From Candidatus Spyradenecus sp. (GTDB taxonomy: Bacteria; Verrucomicrobiota; Kiritimatiellia; RFP12; DVOR01): DNA of 48,896 bases. Where the stretch lies: NCBI GenBank assembly GCA_045634445.1, contig JAZRAG010000073.1:1-48896 (forward strand). The letters are read 5' to 3'. Positions within the stretch are counted from its first letter, which is position 1. The number at the start of each line of letters is the position of its first letter. The notes beneath the pieces are model-generated. The model made no database searches. It was not told the origin of the DNA and worked only from the letters and a program-made list of their open reading frames with translations. The position numbers and the translations under genes were made by a program. Below are positions 1 through 9,426 of the stretch, one piece after another.

Positions 1-70
1 ACTCTGCTTGAGTTTCCCGCCCAGCCCCCCGCAGATCTCACCCCTTACCTAGCCTAACCCGCGCCTCATA

Positions 71-116
71 AAAACAACAAACCGCCGCTTACAAAGGCAA
101 GTGGCGGTTTTTGTTT
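71..116. terminator. Intrinsic terminator-like hairpin (possibly bidirectional)
   Basis: AAACCGCCGCTT...AAGTGGCGGTTT stem with A-rich and T-rich flanks. Confidence 0.65.
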
Positions 117-192
117 AAAATCGCTTCGCGTTAACGCAGTCGGAAGGAGTAGCCCGAACCCAAAAACTGCACGGCTTGACGAATCCAGAAAC

Positions 193-520
193 TTATCCCA
201 TCTGTACAATCGTAATATTCTCAAGCGTTCCATTGCTCTGAAGCATATCCACTATAGCACCATTGGCATTAAGGTCGCCCGCCACCACAATAGTAGCATC
301 TTCAAACGTAGTTCCCAATGCCGCAGAACCGCCTTTAAGCGTAATCGTATGGCCCTGAGCATCCACCGTGCTCGTAAGGCTGCTCCCTTCTTACGAATCG
401 TCTTGATGGAGTTGTAAGAGTACATGTAATTACCCTGCCAAAAGGTATCCACCGAGTCCACATACTGCGGAAAGAAGTAATAAATCCAATCGCACCCCAT
501 CTGCAGCCACGTCAAAGTTT
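193..520 (-). pseudogene. Frameshifted C-terminal remnant of an unknown (surface-type) protein
   Basis: One frame reads ...TWLQMGCDWIYYFFPQYVDSVDTFWQGNYMYSYNSIKTIRK. A shift near 390 continues EGSSLTSTVDAQGHTITLKGGSAALGTTFEDATIVVAGDLNANGAIVDMLQSNGTLENITIVQMG* (TAA 193-195). No credible start codon. Confidence 0.45.
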
Positions 521-530
521 TCTCTTCGCT

Positions 531-564
531 AAAAAAAACACACAGCCAAAATTTTGGCTGTGTG
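531..564 (-). terminator. Intrinsic terminator of the large BspA-like gene
   Basis: Palindrome CACACAGCCAAAATTTTGGCTGTGTG (539-564) followed on the minus strand by T8, 30 nt after the stop. Confidence 0.8.
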
Positions 565-594
565 CGTTTCACTATCTTTCAAAGAGTCGCCTTA

Positions 595-3500
595 TTAGTA
601 TTTCCACAAGGTTCCCTCAACATAGTCGTCATAATCTCCCTCAGAGAAGAAGATTGTGCCGCTATCATCAATGGTTAAGAAGAGCGTAGTCTTACCATCT
701 GGCTTTCCTTGTTCGTTATACCAAGCAACGTTCACCTTGACAGTATACTCCGATTCCGACCTTTCAGTAATAATACCCTTACCCGAAATCTCGCCAGAGG
801 CATTATCGTCAAAGTCCATAGAACCCGTTACAACGCCATCACCGCCGATTGTAATCCAAGCAAAACCATAAACAGTCACCCAATCATTCCAATCATAATA
901 GTCGTTCCTTACGTCACCGTAATAGGTGCCAAGACTCCAAGTTGGCAGTGCCGTCACAGTCATGACCATTTCGGAGGTAACCTTACTGCCAGCAGCCGTT
1001 ATCATAGTCAAAGAGACCGTGTAAGTACCAGCCTTCGTTGGCACGCCCACAATCTGCCACTCGCCGAGCTCATTCTTCACAAGCTTCAATCCTGCAGGGA
1101 GACCCTTCGCAGTGAGAGACTTCACAGAAGAATGTGCCCAAAGACCAAGCGTGATTTCTTGACTCGGACCACCTACGTAGACATCCATTTCTGCTAATTC
1201 CGTGGGATCGGGCAAATCGATCTCAGCATCTTCAGCTTTAACTTCAATCTCATGCACAAAGGTCTTTACCACGCCAATCTCTGTTGTAACCGTAGCGCAA
1301 ACTTTATACGACCCAACCTTCGTAGGCATGCCTGTTATAGACACAACCCCATCTACCAACTTACCGGCCTCCAAACCTGTTGGCAGACCTGCGATCTTCA
1401 CCGATTTAATTTCAGATTCAGCGGCAGTAAACTCAAGCGTTTTAGACACTTGGTCGCCAACCATCATCTGTTCGGGTAAAGATTCAAGAGTCGTCCCAAC
1501 CAATTCAACCTTAAACCTTGCAATGATTGAAATCGCCTTGGAGGATTCCACCCATTCCGTTGTCATCGTGTCAACATACTTTGGAGAATCCCCCAAGTCT
1601 CTTGAATTGGTTTCATCATACCACCCTAAGAAGGTTGCATACTTCGGCACCGTGGCAGTTAAGGTAAACGCCTTGCCCACCAAATAAGTCCCCGCGCCCT
1701 TCACCTTACACTTATCATCCCCACCTTCAACCTTAATGGAGATGGTCGGAATTTCTGTAGCTTCATAGCGTAGGAGAACGAGGTCTCCCTTATTGTTAAA
1801 GAGAACCGAGTCATAGACTCCAGGTTTCGTGAAGGTCGCAGCCAAGCACTCTTTCTTGGCATCTAACTTAACTCCCGTAGCCGCCGTAGCAAGCGTGTAT
1901 CCCTTCACTGAGATTTCAACTTTTTCACCTGGCACTATTTCATCTACTTCGTTGGGTTGGCAACCAATAAAGGCGCCCTTACCCACTGTCTTAACCGTAG
2001 AGGGGAAATAGACATAACTTATCTGCAGATTACTACACCCAGCAAAGGCATTCGCACCGATTGTTGTTACACCATCAGGGATCCAGACAGATTCAATCAA
2101 CAAATCATCTTTAAACGCATTTGCCGCGATCTCCGTCACGGGCACGCCGTCAATGTCTTCAGGAATTTCTAAGTCAATATCTGTATTGTAGATCGTGCGA
2201 CCAGTAATCGTTACCTTATCCTTAGAGACTTTATACGTCCAACGATCAATTGTCGTCATTGATGTCGGGTATCCACACCATAAGCCGTTGTGAATCTCAT
2301 CCTCCCAATATTCAGCATTTTCTTCTAAATACTGAACATTCACATCAAAGTCAAGGAGCCACTCCTCCCCAGTCCAGTCATCATATTGCCATTCAGAAAA
2401 TCCGCAAAAATCCGGAGGTTCGCCCATGAAAGTCATCGTCAAAGGCGCCTCACTCTGATAAGCAGATTCACTAATGCTATCTACTCCAGCAGGGATAACC
2501 ACCTGCCCTTTCTTAGCGGGAATAGCAAAGAGGTAATCCATTGAATCATTATACAATACGCCATCGATGGACTTGCAGTAAGGATTACCAGCCTCAACAT
2601 TAATCGCAGCGAGGTTGGCGCAATTACGGAACATATAATTACCTTCCATGTTGCAATTCTTGGGAATTGTCACCTTCGTAATTGCGGGAGGAACGGCAGC
2701 AAGATAAAGCATTTCTTCGTCATCCCACCATTCGACCCAATACAACACGCCATCAATGGACTTGTAGTAGGGATTACCAGCCTCAACATTAATTGTGGTG
2801 AGCTTAGAGCAATTACGGAACAAATAATCACCTTCTCCAACGGATTCGCAATTCTTGGGAATTGTCACCTTCGTAATTGCGGAAGGAACGGCAACAAGAT
2901 AAAGCTCCCCTTCGAAACAATACAACACGCCATCAATGGACTTGTAGTAGGGATTACCAGCCTCAACATTAATTGCCGTCAAATTTGGACAATCTTGAAG
3001 TATTCTTGAAAAGCCCTCACCAACCCACTCACAATCTCTCGGGATTGTAAAGGATTTAATTGTAGGGTCAAGCACAACCACAGGGCAACCATCTTGATAC
3101 AAAATACCGCCGAGGCTCTCATACTCCGCATCCTCATAAAACCACTCTTCATCCTCATAAGGCGTCATGTCTGGTGCCATCCAGAGACCCTTCCACATGC
3201 CCTCGTCATCAATTACCTTCTCCCATTCTGCCGCATATTGGAGAGGATAATAGCCAGACGCATTTGACCCAGAAGCCCCAGTAAACGCACCTGAGTTTAC
3301 TTTTTTAGGCGGTTTGCCTGCGAAATAAACTGAATAAGAATCCCACGACGCGAATGCGTCTGCTTCAATTGTTGTAACCGAGGCTGGAATCTTTACCGTT
3401 GCACCACTCGCAAGAGCATAATCGAATGCCGCCCAATCAATCGTTGTCACGCCTTCATGAAGTATGACCTCTTGTAAACCCCATCCCCCGAAATTACACC

Positions 3501-4545
3501 CACCAAACGTCCACTCATCAATCTTCTTTACCGTTGATGGGATTTCAACTCGTTCTAAGTTGTAACAAGTTGTGAATGCATCCTTACCAATGGTCGTCAC
3601 CCCTTCAGGAATTACAATTGATTCTAAACTCGAACCAGCGAAAGCTGCTTGGCCTATCTTTTTCAGCGTGTTTGGAAGTAGTACACTATAACCCTCACCA
3701 TAACAACCACAAAATGCACCAGGCACAATTTCAGTGATGCCCTGCGGTACCACTTCGGACTGAAGTGGATATGGAGCAGCAATTAGTTGTGTACCCTTCT
3801 TATTGCACAAAAATCCATTTTTGACACAAAGATTGGGGTTATTTTCAGCAACTTCAAATGAACTAATCTTTGCATCACAAAATACATTCCATCCATCAAT
3901 CAAACCTTTAACGGTGGAAGGAAGGGATACCGTTAAATTCTCACAACCACCAAACGCATCCCTACCAATTGATGTAACACCTTCAGGAATAATTACCTTT
4001 GTCAAATTTCTGCATCCGCTAAACGCCATGCTTCCAATGGCAGTCACAGGCATACCATTAATCTTGGCAGGAATACTTAGTACACCTTCCGTATCCGTTG
4101 GGATTGCGGCTGTGCGTTCAATACAGTAGTCCCCCTTACCACCACACTGCTCGCACCCAGACTGCGGGCTATTGTAAGGCGGGTACTCCCCACTACACCA
4201 ATAAACGGCCTTACCAATAATTGTGATCTTACCACCCACAATTATGTAATTAATCCCCACATCCTCTTGCGCAGACGTTTCCCCATAAATCCAAACATCC
4301 GTATCAACGACAGTTCTCCCATTCTCTTCATACTCATCTTCAAAGGTGTACACCTCCAATCCGTCAGGCAAACCTTCTGCCCAAACGTAATAATACGAAT
4401 CACCTTCTTCAATTTCAAATGCTTTGACGTTACATGGACGATCCTTTACGAACCCAAGCAATGTCGGTGTCTCCTCCACGGTCAACCTAGCTAATGCCAT
4501 AAACGAATAACAAAGCGCAAACGCTAACAATAGTAATCGTTTCAT
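595..4545 (-). CDS. Large secreted BspA-type leucine-rich repeat (LRR_5) surface protein with putative Ig (He_PIG-like) and B-repeat-like domains
   Basis: Signal peptide MKRLLLLAFALCYSFMALA (ATG 4545); many IPxGVTxIGxxAFxxC repeats; GLPxGL...GxPTKxGxY Ig-like motifs; GAGTY...FLGWYD B-repeat-like segment. Confidence 0.9.
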   Translation of the reverse strand: MKRLLLLAFALCYSFMALARLTVEETPTLLGFVKDRPCNVKAFEIEEGDSYYYVWAEGLPDGLEVYTFEDEYEENGRTVVDTDVWIYGETSAQEDVGINYIIVGGKITIIGKAVYWCSGEYPPYNSPQSGCEQCGGKGDYCIERTAAIPTDTEGVLSIPAKINGMPVTAIGSMAFSGCRNLTKVIIPEGVTSIGRDAFGGCENLTVSLPSTVKGLIDGWNVFCDAKISSFEVAENNPNLCVKNGFLCNKKGTQLIAAPYPLQSEVVPQGITEIVPGAFCGCYGEGYSVLLPNTLKKIGQAAFAGSSLESIVIPEGVTTIGKDAFTTCYNLERVEIPSTVKKIDEWTFGGCNFGGWGLQEVILHEGVTTIDWAAFDYALASGATVKIPASVTTIEADAFASWDSYSVYFAGKPPKKVNSGAFTGASGSNASGYYPLQYAAEWEKVIDDEGMWKGLWMAPDMTPYEDEEWFYEDAEYESLGGILYQDGCPVVVLDPTIKSFTIPRDCEWVGEGFSRILQDCPNLTAINVEAGNPYYKSIDGVLYCFEGELYLVAVPSAITKVTIPKNCESVGEGDYLFRNCSKLTTINVEAGNPYYKSIDGVLYWVEWWDDEEMLYLAAVPPAITKVTIPKNCNMEGNYMFRNCANLAAINVEAGNPYCKSIDGVLYNDSMDYLFAIPAKKGQVVIPAGVDSISESAYQSEAPLTMTFMGEPPDFCGFSEWQYDDWTGEEWLLDFDVNVQYLEENAEYWEDEIHNGLWCGYPTSMTTIDRWTYKVSKDKVTITGRTIYNTDIDLEIPEDIDGVPVTEIAANAFKDDLLIESVWIPDGVTTIGANAFAGCSNLQISYVYFPSTVKTVGKGAFIGCQPNEVDEIVPGEKVEISVKGYTLATAATGVKLDAKKECLAATFTKPGVYDSVLFNNKGDLVLLRYEATEIPTISIKVEGGDDKCKVKGAGTYLVGKAFTLTATVPKYATFLGWYDETNSRDLGDSPKYVDTMTTEWVESSKAISIIARFKVELVGTTLESLPEQMMVGDQVSKTLEFTAAESEIKSVKIAGLPTGLEAGKLVDGVVSITGMPTKVGSYKVCATVTTEIGVVKTFVHEIEVKAEDAEIDLPDPTELAEMDVYVGGPSQEITLGLWAHSSVKSLTAKGLPAGLKLVKNELGEWQIVGVPTKAGTYTVSLTMITAAGSKVTSEMVMTVTALPTWSLGTYYGDVRNDYYDWNDWVTVYGFAWITIGGDGVVTGSMDFDDNASGEISGKGIITERSESEYTVKVNVAWYNEQGKPDGKTTLFLTIDDSGTIFFSEGDYDDYVEGTLWKY
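2551..3060 (-). repeat. Three in-frame ~180-195-bp tandem units inside the BspA gene
   Basis: 58-bp block identical at 2738-2795 and 2918-2975, with a diverged third copy from 2551; 35-bp block identical at 2653-2687 and 2848-2882; protein motif INVEAGNPYxKSIDGVLY x3. Confidence 0.9.
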
Positions 4546-4629
4546 CTTTCCCATCCTTTCAATATTTGAGGTTAAAATCACACCTCAATCGTTCTTTGCG
4601 ACACGATCCATCGTGCTAACCCTACTCAT

Positions 4630-4658
4630 AGTATATTCCTCCATACTTTAAAACGCAA
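4630..4658 (-). promoter_or_regulatory. Sigma70-type promoter of the BspA gene
   Basis: TTGCGT-17bp-TATACT on the minus strand. Confidence 0.6.
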
Positions 4659-4708
4659 GGGCTTTTTAAATCACCACCCTCTTAAAAAAGAAAATCCCAC
4701 TTTATCTA

Positions 4709-5444
4709 TTATCATTTTTTCAGATGATTGTACTATTTTTGGGGAGCCGTTTTGCATTCATATGTAATTGATTTCTAATAGCTTATTTCGGGGCTAAATT
4801 GCATTCCAAAAAATTAGTATGGGATTATGCATTTTGTACTATTGCATTTCTCCAAAATTAGTACAAAAGTGGAATAAATTCATAAAGGGTTAAGTTGCGA
4901 TTCAGTTTGAATCAGATGGAGATTGAATTTGAATCAAACTGATTCTTAATTTGAATCTTTCATTTCTTCAATACTTTGTACCATATTTGCCGTGCCATAA
5001 CTTATTCATTTACAATAACTTATCTTGAATATTTTATGACGGGCAATTTTAGGCTTAAAATCAGTACAAATTGTACTATTCATGCAAAATTTAAACAGTA
5101 CAATTTTTGGTGGGGCCAATTATTTGAAGGGGAAATTTCCGCTCGGGAAGAAATCTTAAACAGTACAATTTTTGGCCGGGGACTTTTTAGACCTGTCTAG
5201 AAAATTCTAGAAAATAGTACGAAGCTCTGAAGAAGTGAAACCATTGGAATTGAAACTTAAAACCAATGGTATTAATTTTCCGTGTTTTTGTACTAATTTT
5301 CTAGAAATGCAATAGTACAAAATGCATTGCCCCATACTAATTTTTTGGAATGCAATTTAGCCCCAAAATAAGCAATTGGAATGCAACGGCATACGGGGAA
5401 AATGCATCGCGGGTGTCATAGTACATTTACTGAAAAATTGATAA
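4709..5444. mobile_element. MITE-like or inverton-like AT-rich element: ~165-bp inverted arms (4709-4874 and 5278-5444) around a ~400-bp core
   Basis: 4781-4868 matches the reverse complement of 5286-5373 at 82/88 nt; weaker homology extends to TTATCA (4709) and TGATAA (5444); no credible gene inside. Confidence 0.7.
4958..5256 (+). repeat. Dispersed ~300-bp AT-rich element, copy 1
   Basis: Colinear with 47777-48074 and with the reverse complement of 11564-11846; shared blocks TAACTTATCTTGAATATTTTATG, GTACTATTCATGCAAAATTTAAACA, GTACAATTTTTGGCCGGGGACTTTTTAG. Confidence 0.95.
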
Positions 5445-5460
5445 CTTAAGACGTAAAACA

Positions 5461-5778
5461 GTGCATCGAGCCTTACGATCAATTGTGAAAGAAACCTCCG
5501 AGGAAGGTATTACAATTACCCATATTTTAACCGATAATGGAACAGAGTTCACGGACACCAAGAAGGTTGAGAAAATTACACGAGCAATGCTCTTTTATAC
5601 ACATGCATGTGCAGCCTGGGAAAAGGGATACATTGAGAACTCTAATCGCCTTATCCGTCGCTTCTATCCAAAAACCACCGACTTTTCTCGATTAATAGCC
5701 AAAGACATCGCGATTCTCCAGTATAAACTCGCACATTACCCACGTTCATCACAACTCAAACAAAAAGGTGCTGCATGA
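5461..5778 (+). pseudogene. IS30-family transposase, C-terminal fragment
   Basis: LTDNGTEF...FYTHACAAWEKGYIENSNRLIRRFYPKTTDF...YPR matches the IS30 integrase-core pattern; N-terminal HTH and first catalytic Asp are missing; truncated just right of the inverted arm. Confidence 0.85.
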
Positions 5779-5830
5779 AAATTTTCAATGTTTTTCCCTC
5801 CCGCCTGCGCAATTTGTCTTGCATTTCACC

Positions 5831-5845
5831 TTTTAGCCATCGAGC
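5831..5845 (+). repeat. 15-bp direct repeat, left copy (probable IS30 end)
   Basis: TTTTAGCCATCGAGC, identical at 11341-11355; lies ~55 bp after the transposase stop. Confidence 0.75.
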
Positions 5846-6410
5846 CGAGCGCCTGCGGCGTGGTACGGTGTGAAGTGGCCGCCCCTTCGGGGCTAGGGCG
5901 CCTGCGGCTGTAGAGGACCACGCGGGGCGTGGTAGAGGACGGGCTGACGCCCGTTGAAGACCGCTACGCGGTAGAGGGCGCTCTGCGAGCGCGGGAATTA
6001 CGGGCCGATGGCCTTGTGGATTAGCGCCTGCACCGCAGGCGACATGCGGAACGCTTAATAGCACAACGCTTAAAGCGGTCTGCGCCCTGGCAGACGTCAA
6101 ACGCTCCGCGTAGCCTCCTCGGGAAGCGGATGCGAAGCGAACGCTTCTTGCGCCGAGGGGCAAGCGGAGTAAGACTTGCGTTCTTGCGGAAATGCGAAGC
6201 ACCCGTCCTCGTCGTCCTACCGCGTAGCGCTCTCTTAACACTTGAGGTGAGGCGGCCTATGGCCGCAGTTGATGGTTGTCAGTTATCAGTTGACAGCGAT
6301 TGTCGTCCTCGCTGCGCTCGAGTTAGAGGATTCTTGAAGCCCTGCGCTTCCGCGGGGCGTGGGGGTGCGCAGCCCCCACATCTCCACGCCTTACACTCCT
6401 GCCGCGCACG
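5846..6410. repeat. GC-rich REP-like palindrome cluster
   Basis: CGCCCCTTCGGGGCTAGGGCG hairpin; repeated GTAGAGG starts; IR CGCTACGCGGTAG (5962-5974) / CTACCGCGTAGCG (6217-6229); heptamer run GTTGTCA-GTTATCA-GTTGACA near 6276-6296. Confidence 0.6.
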
Positions 6411-6415
6411 TCCCT

Positions 6416-7531
6416 TTACGGATGGACATAGATGGGGAGCACCGTGGTGTCGCGGTCAACCCGAAGGTGTCGCCCATTGGGAAGGATGAAGCAGGCTTTC
6501 AGCGAGACTTTTTCATTACCCGTCGCCAAGACTTTCTCGTTTAAGAAAAAGGTCGTACTGGGAGAAGGGTTCCCATCGATATACCCTACGGGTTTATCCT
6601 TAAAAGTGAGCGGGACCGTGGTTTGGTCATTGATGGTAATCTGCGCCGGACGATTGGCATCACAGCAGAGCATTACATAGTCACGAACGGCGTTTGGATA
6701 AAGGAGAAGCGAGAGCAATTGCTCTTTTTTCTTCCCTTGCAAGCGCGTGCTCAATGAGAAATAGATTCCGAAGTCGTCAGTGGAGAGCATGGGGTGCGAG
6801 GCCCAGTCTTGACAGGGCGCTGCAATCTGCAGTTTTTCCTGAGGGGTGGCGCTCCTTGGGTAAAAGACATGACGCGTGTGTTCCACGGGGACCGAGAGGG
6901 TGAAAAGGTGAGCCTTCCCATTGACAAAGACTGGCGTAATGACCGTAAGCGGCCCCTTCTCTACCTCGTTTTTGATAGGTGACTTGGAGCCCGCCGTCCA
7001 CTGATAGGTGACGCTTTCATTCGGCTTTAACGTCGTTAATGGGAGTTTGTAGTTCATCAGCGTACCCGAAACTTCCAACAACGCGTCGGTATGAGGGTTT
7101 TTGATTGTTACCTCTACCATCTTTTTGTCTGCCTGCCACGTATAGGCGACGACATCAGCAGAGATGGCGCTCGGCTCAAGCGTAAGGGAGCGTTGCGCGG
7201 CGAGGCTTTGTAGGAGTGTCCACACGTTATTGTAGGAGTTCACCGCGCCATGCCGAATCGTTTCCTTTGAACCGTAGTATTGGCAAAAACGTCGCACCGC
7301 GCGTTCGCAATAGGTTTCTCCTGAAAACTGCTCCAGCGCTTTAAGGTCCGCTTCTGGCAAGAACTGCAAGATCAAGGGTACGAAGCACGGGCGTAAGTGG
7401 TCGGGGATTTCATTACTCCAGCGTCCACTCGGCGTGAAATACTCTTGGCCGAAGCGCAGTGTAATCGTTGGCAATTCTGCAAATAGGGTGCTCACACAGA
7501 GGAGCAGACTCAACATTAAAAGACGTTTCAT
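6416..7531 (-). CDS. Secreted hypothetical protein with beta-rich, Ig-like segments
   Basis: Signal peptide MKRLLMLSLLLCVSTLFA; ATGA-coupled to the upstream gene; VEVTIKNP...LKPNESVTY segment. Confidence 0.8.
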   Translation of the reverse strand: MKRLLMLSLLLCVSTLFAELPTITLRFGQEYFTPSGRWSNEIPDHLRPCFVPLILQFLPEADLKALEQFSGETYCERAVRRFCQYYGSKETIRHGAVNSYNNVWTLLQSLAAQRSLTLEPSAISADVVAYTWQADKKMVEVTIKNPHTDALLEVSGTLMNYKLPLTTLKPNESVTYQWTAGSKSPIKNEVEKGPLTVITPVFVNGKAHLFTLSVPVEHTRHVFYPRSATPQEKLQIAAPCQDWASHPMLSTDDFGIYFSLSTRLQGKKKEQLLSLLLYPNAVRDYVMLCCDANRPAQITINDQTTVPLTFKDKPVGYIDGNPSPSTTFFLNEKVLATGNEKVSLKACFILPNGRHLRVDRDTTVLPIYVHP

Positions 7532-9426
7532 TCTTCACCCTCCAATACGCGAACAACTTTAAAGGTGCCTGGCAATGTTTTGGGGAATGTAATCGGAGGT
7601 ACGCGGACTTTCCAATCGAGGCGATAGCCGCCCTTTTGATTGTCAATTAACACATCAAAGGAGTCACTCACCCAATACGCTTGTCCACGGTTGTAGAAGA
7701 CCTTTGAGCGCGCATCACTATTGGGCATCATCCAGTCGGGATCCTTAGGGGTAAATTGCACTAAGAACGTCACGCACGACTCTGGTGGTACCACGACACG
7801 CTCAATAAGAAGGTGCTGTTTATGCCAATTTACGGCCTCTTGCCACGCTTCTCGGATTGGTAGCTGGAAGTTCTCAAAGGTGTACGTAGTGTGCTTATCT
7901 TTATTCTTCATCTTCAGCAACACGTGATGCGGTTGCTTCGCAGGATAGAATTGGATTTCAAAGGGCAAGCCTTCCCCATAAGGAGCAATCCCCTGCTGCG
8001 CACGCATTTCAATCGTGAGCGATTGAACGGTGAGTTCGCGCGACTGATTGTCATCTGGCCAAATCGCATTTAATTCTTCCAACAAGTTGACCAATATAGG
8101 CGACGCCACGCCATTGGCGCTTTCAACCCGTTTACGCACGACATCGCGGAAGGTTTCGCCATTGGCATTACGTTGGCGCGGGTCTGCGCCACAGGCCAAC
8201 ATCCAACGCACCTTATCTGCCGCATTTTTATCATCTAATTTGACTTTAAACAAATCCAGTTTGAGCTGTTCGCCACTTTCTTTTGCGAAGGATAAAATCA
8301 AATCCAAGGACTCTTTATCGGCCCCTTTAGCGTATGTCCAGACCCAAAGAATATTGTTCACTTCATGGCTTACATGATGATAGGACTTACCTGCAGAATC
8401 CGTGCCGATTTGAACTGAAGTCGGCACTTTAGCATTACGAAGAACGCGCAGGGTATTGGCGCTACCAGGGCGCTGCAACGCATCATCGTACAAGTTTGCG
8501 CCATCCTTACTCAAGTCAAAGAGATTGAGCGAAAGGGCATACTCCAAGCACTTGTAAGAGTGGTGCTTGGCCATAGAGATCAAGGCCCAGGGCGTTTTCG
8601 TTATTTGAAGCCCTACTCCAGCCTCCACCAACAATTTCAAACAGTCTGCGCTATCTTGATAATACTTCCAATGCGTAAAATCTGCCGCCGTCCATCCGTC
8701 AACACTCTTCGCATGTTTATCCACCCCGCTGGCAAGCAAGAGTTTGACGCAGCGAACCGCGTTCTTTTCTGCGGCAGTCATGAGCGCCGTTTTCTTATAT
8801 TGCGGTTCTGCCTTATTGATATCAGCGCCATGCTCAATTAAGACGGCTAAGACGTCATCGCGGTCATGAAACGCCACTGCTGCAGCAGGAAACCACCGCG
8901 TCGTGCTCATGTAATTCACATCGGCGCCCAATTCAAGCAGCGTCTTCACCGCCTCAACCTGGCCAAACTCTGCAGCCGCTAGCAAAGGATTCGTGGTTCC
9001 CATCGCGATAGGTTTATTCACATCAGCGCCAGCTTTCGCCAACACCCGAATCATCTCCACATAACCGCGACGCGCCGCATACACCATCGGAGTGTCTCCG
9101 CGCTGCGAAAAGAATTCTGGATCAAAGCCCTTCTGAATTAACACCTCCAAACACTTTGGACGGTTGTTTTCAATCGCATAACAGGCCATCGTCATGCGAA
9201 TGTAGGGAATCATCGAGTCTGCCGTATACGTATTTTTTAACAATTCAGCATCGTCATTCTGCAAAATCGTCAAATCTCGCGAATATTGGTCAAAGACAAG
9301 ATCTGGACGATCATGTTGGTCCGTGTATTCCAAGACTTCCTCCCACGGAATCACTGGCGGGCGCGCCTGTTCAGCCCAGAGGCCAACGCTCAGGGAGAGC
9401 GCCGACAAAAGTAACATCTTCTTCAT
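7528..9426 (-). CDS. Secreted ankyrin-repeat protein with C-terminal beta-rich domain
   Basis: Signal peptide MKKMLLLSALSLSVGLWA (ATG 9426 overlaps upstream TGA); GDTPMVYAA, NPLLAAAEFG, KTALMTAA, GADVN ankyrin motifs. Confidence 0.9.
   Translation of the reverse strand: MKKMLLLSALSLSVGLWAEQARPPVIPWEEVLEYTDQHDRPDLVFDQYSRDLTILQNDDAELLKNTYTADSMIPYIRMTMACYAIENNRPKCLEVLIQKGFDPEFFSQRGDTPMVYAARRGYVEMIRVLAKAGADVNKPIAMGTTNPLLAAAEFGQVEAVKTLLELGADVNYMSTTRWFPAAAVAFHDRDDVLAVLIEHGADINKAEPQYKKTALMTAAEKNAVRCVKLLLASGVDKHAKSVDGWTAADFTHWKYYQDSADCLKLLVEAGVGLQITKTPWALISMAKHHSYKCLEYALSLNLFDLSKDGANLYDDALQRPGSANTLRVLRNAKVPTSVQIGTDSAGKSYHHVSHEVNNILWVWTYAKGADKESLDLILSFAKESGEQLKLDLFKVKLDDKNAADKVRWMLACGADPRQRNANGETFRDVVRKRVESANGVASPILVNLLEELNAIWPDDNQSRELTVQSLTIEMRAQQGIAPYGEGLPFEIQFYPAKQPHHVLLKMKNKDKHTTYTFENFQLPIREAWQEAVNWHKQHLLIERVVVPPESCVTFLVQFTPKDPDWMMPNSDARSKVFYNRGQAYWVSDSFDVLIDNQKGGYRLDWKVRVPPITFPKTLPGTFKVVRVLEGEE

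Noticed and set aside
130-175. GTAGCCCGAACCC resembling part of a c-di-AMP (ydaO) riboswitch
   Set aside because: The other conserved ydaO elements are absent and no downstream gene lies on that strand.
2551-3060. Possible DGR template/variable repeats in BspA
   Set aside because: Repeats are in-frame tandem units, differences are not adenine-specific, and no reverse transcriptase is in the window.
4976-5200. Small ORF repeated in the 300-bp element (also 47795-47977)
   Set aside because: Copy 1 is frameshifted relative to copies 2 and 3, substitutions are mostly non-synonymous, and there is no RBS; best read as non-coding.
5756-6489. Arg/Ala/Pro-rich ORFs over the GC-rich island
   Set aside because: Low-complexity translations of palindromic DNA with no recognisable domains.
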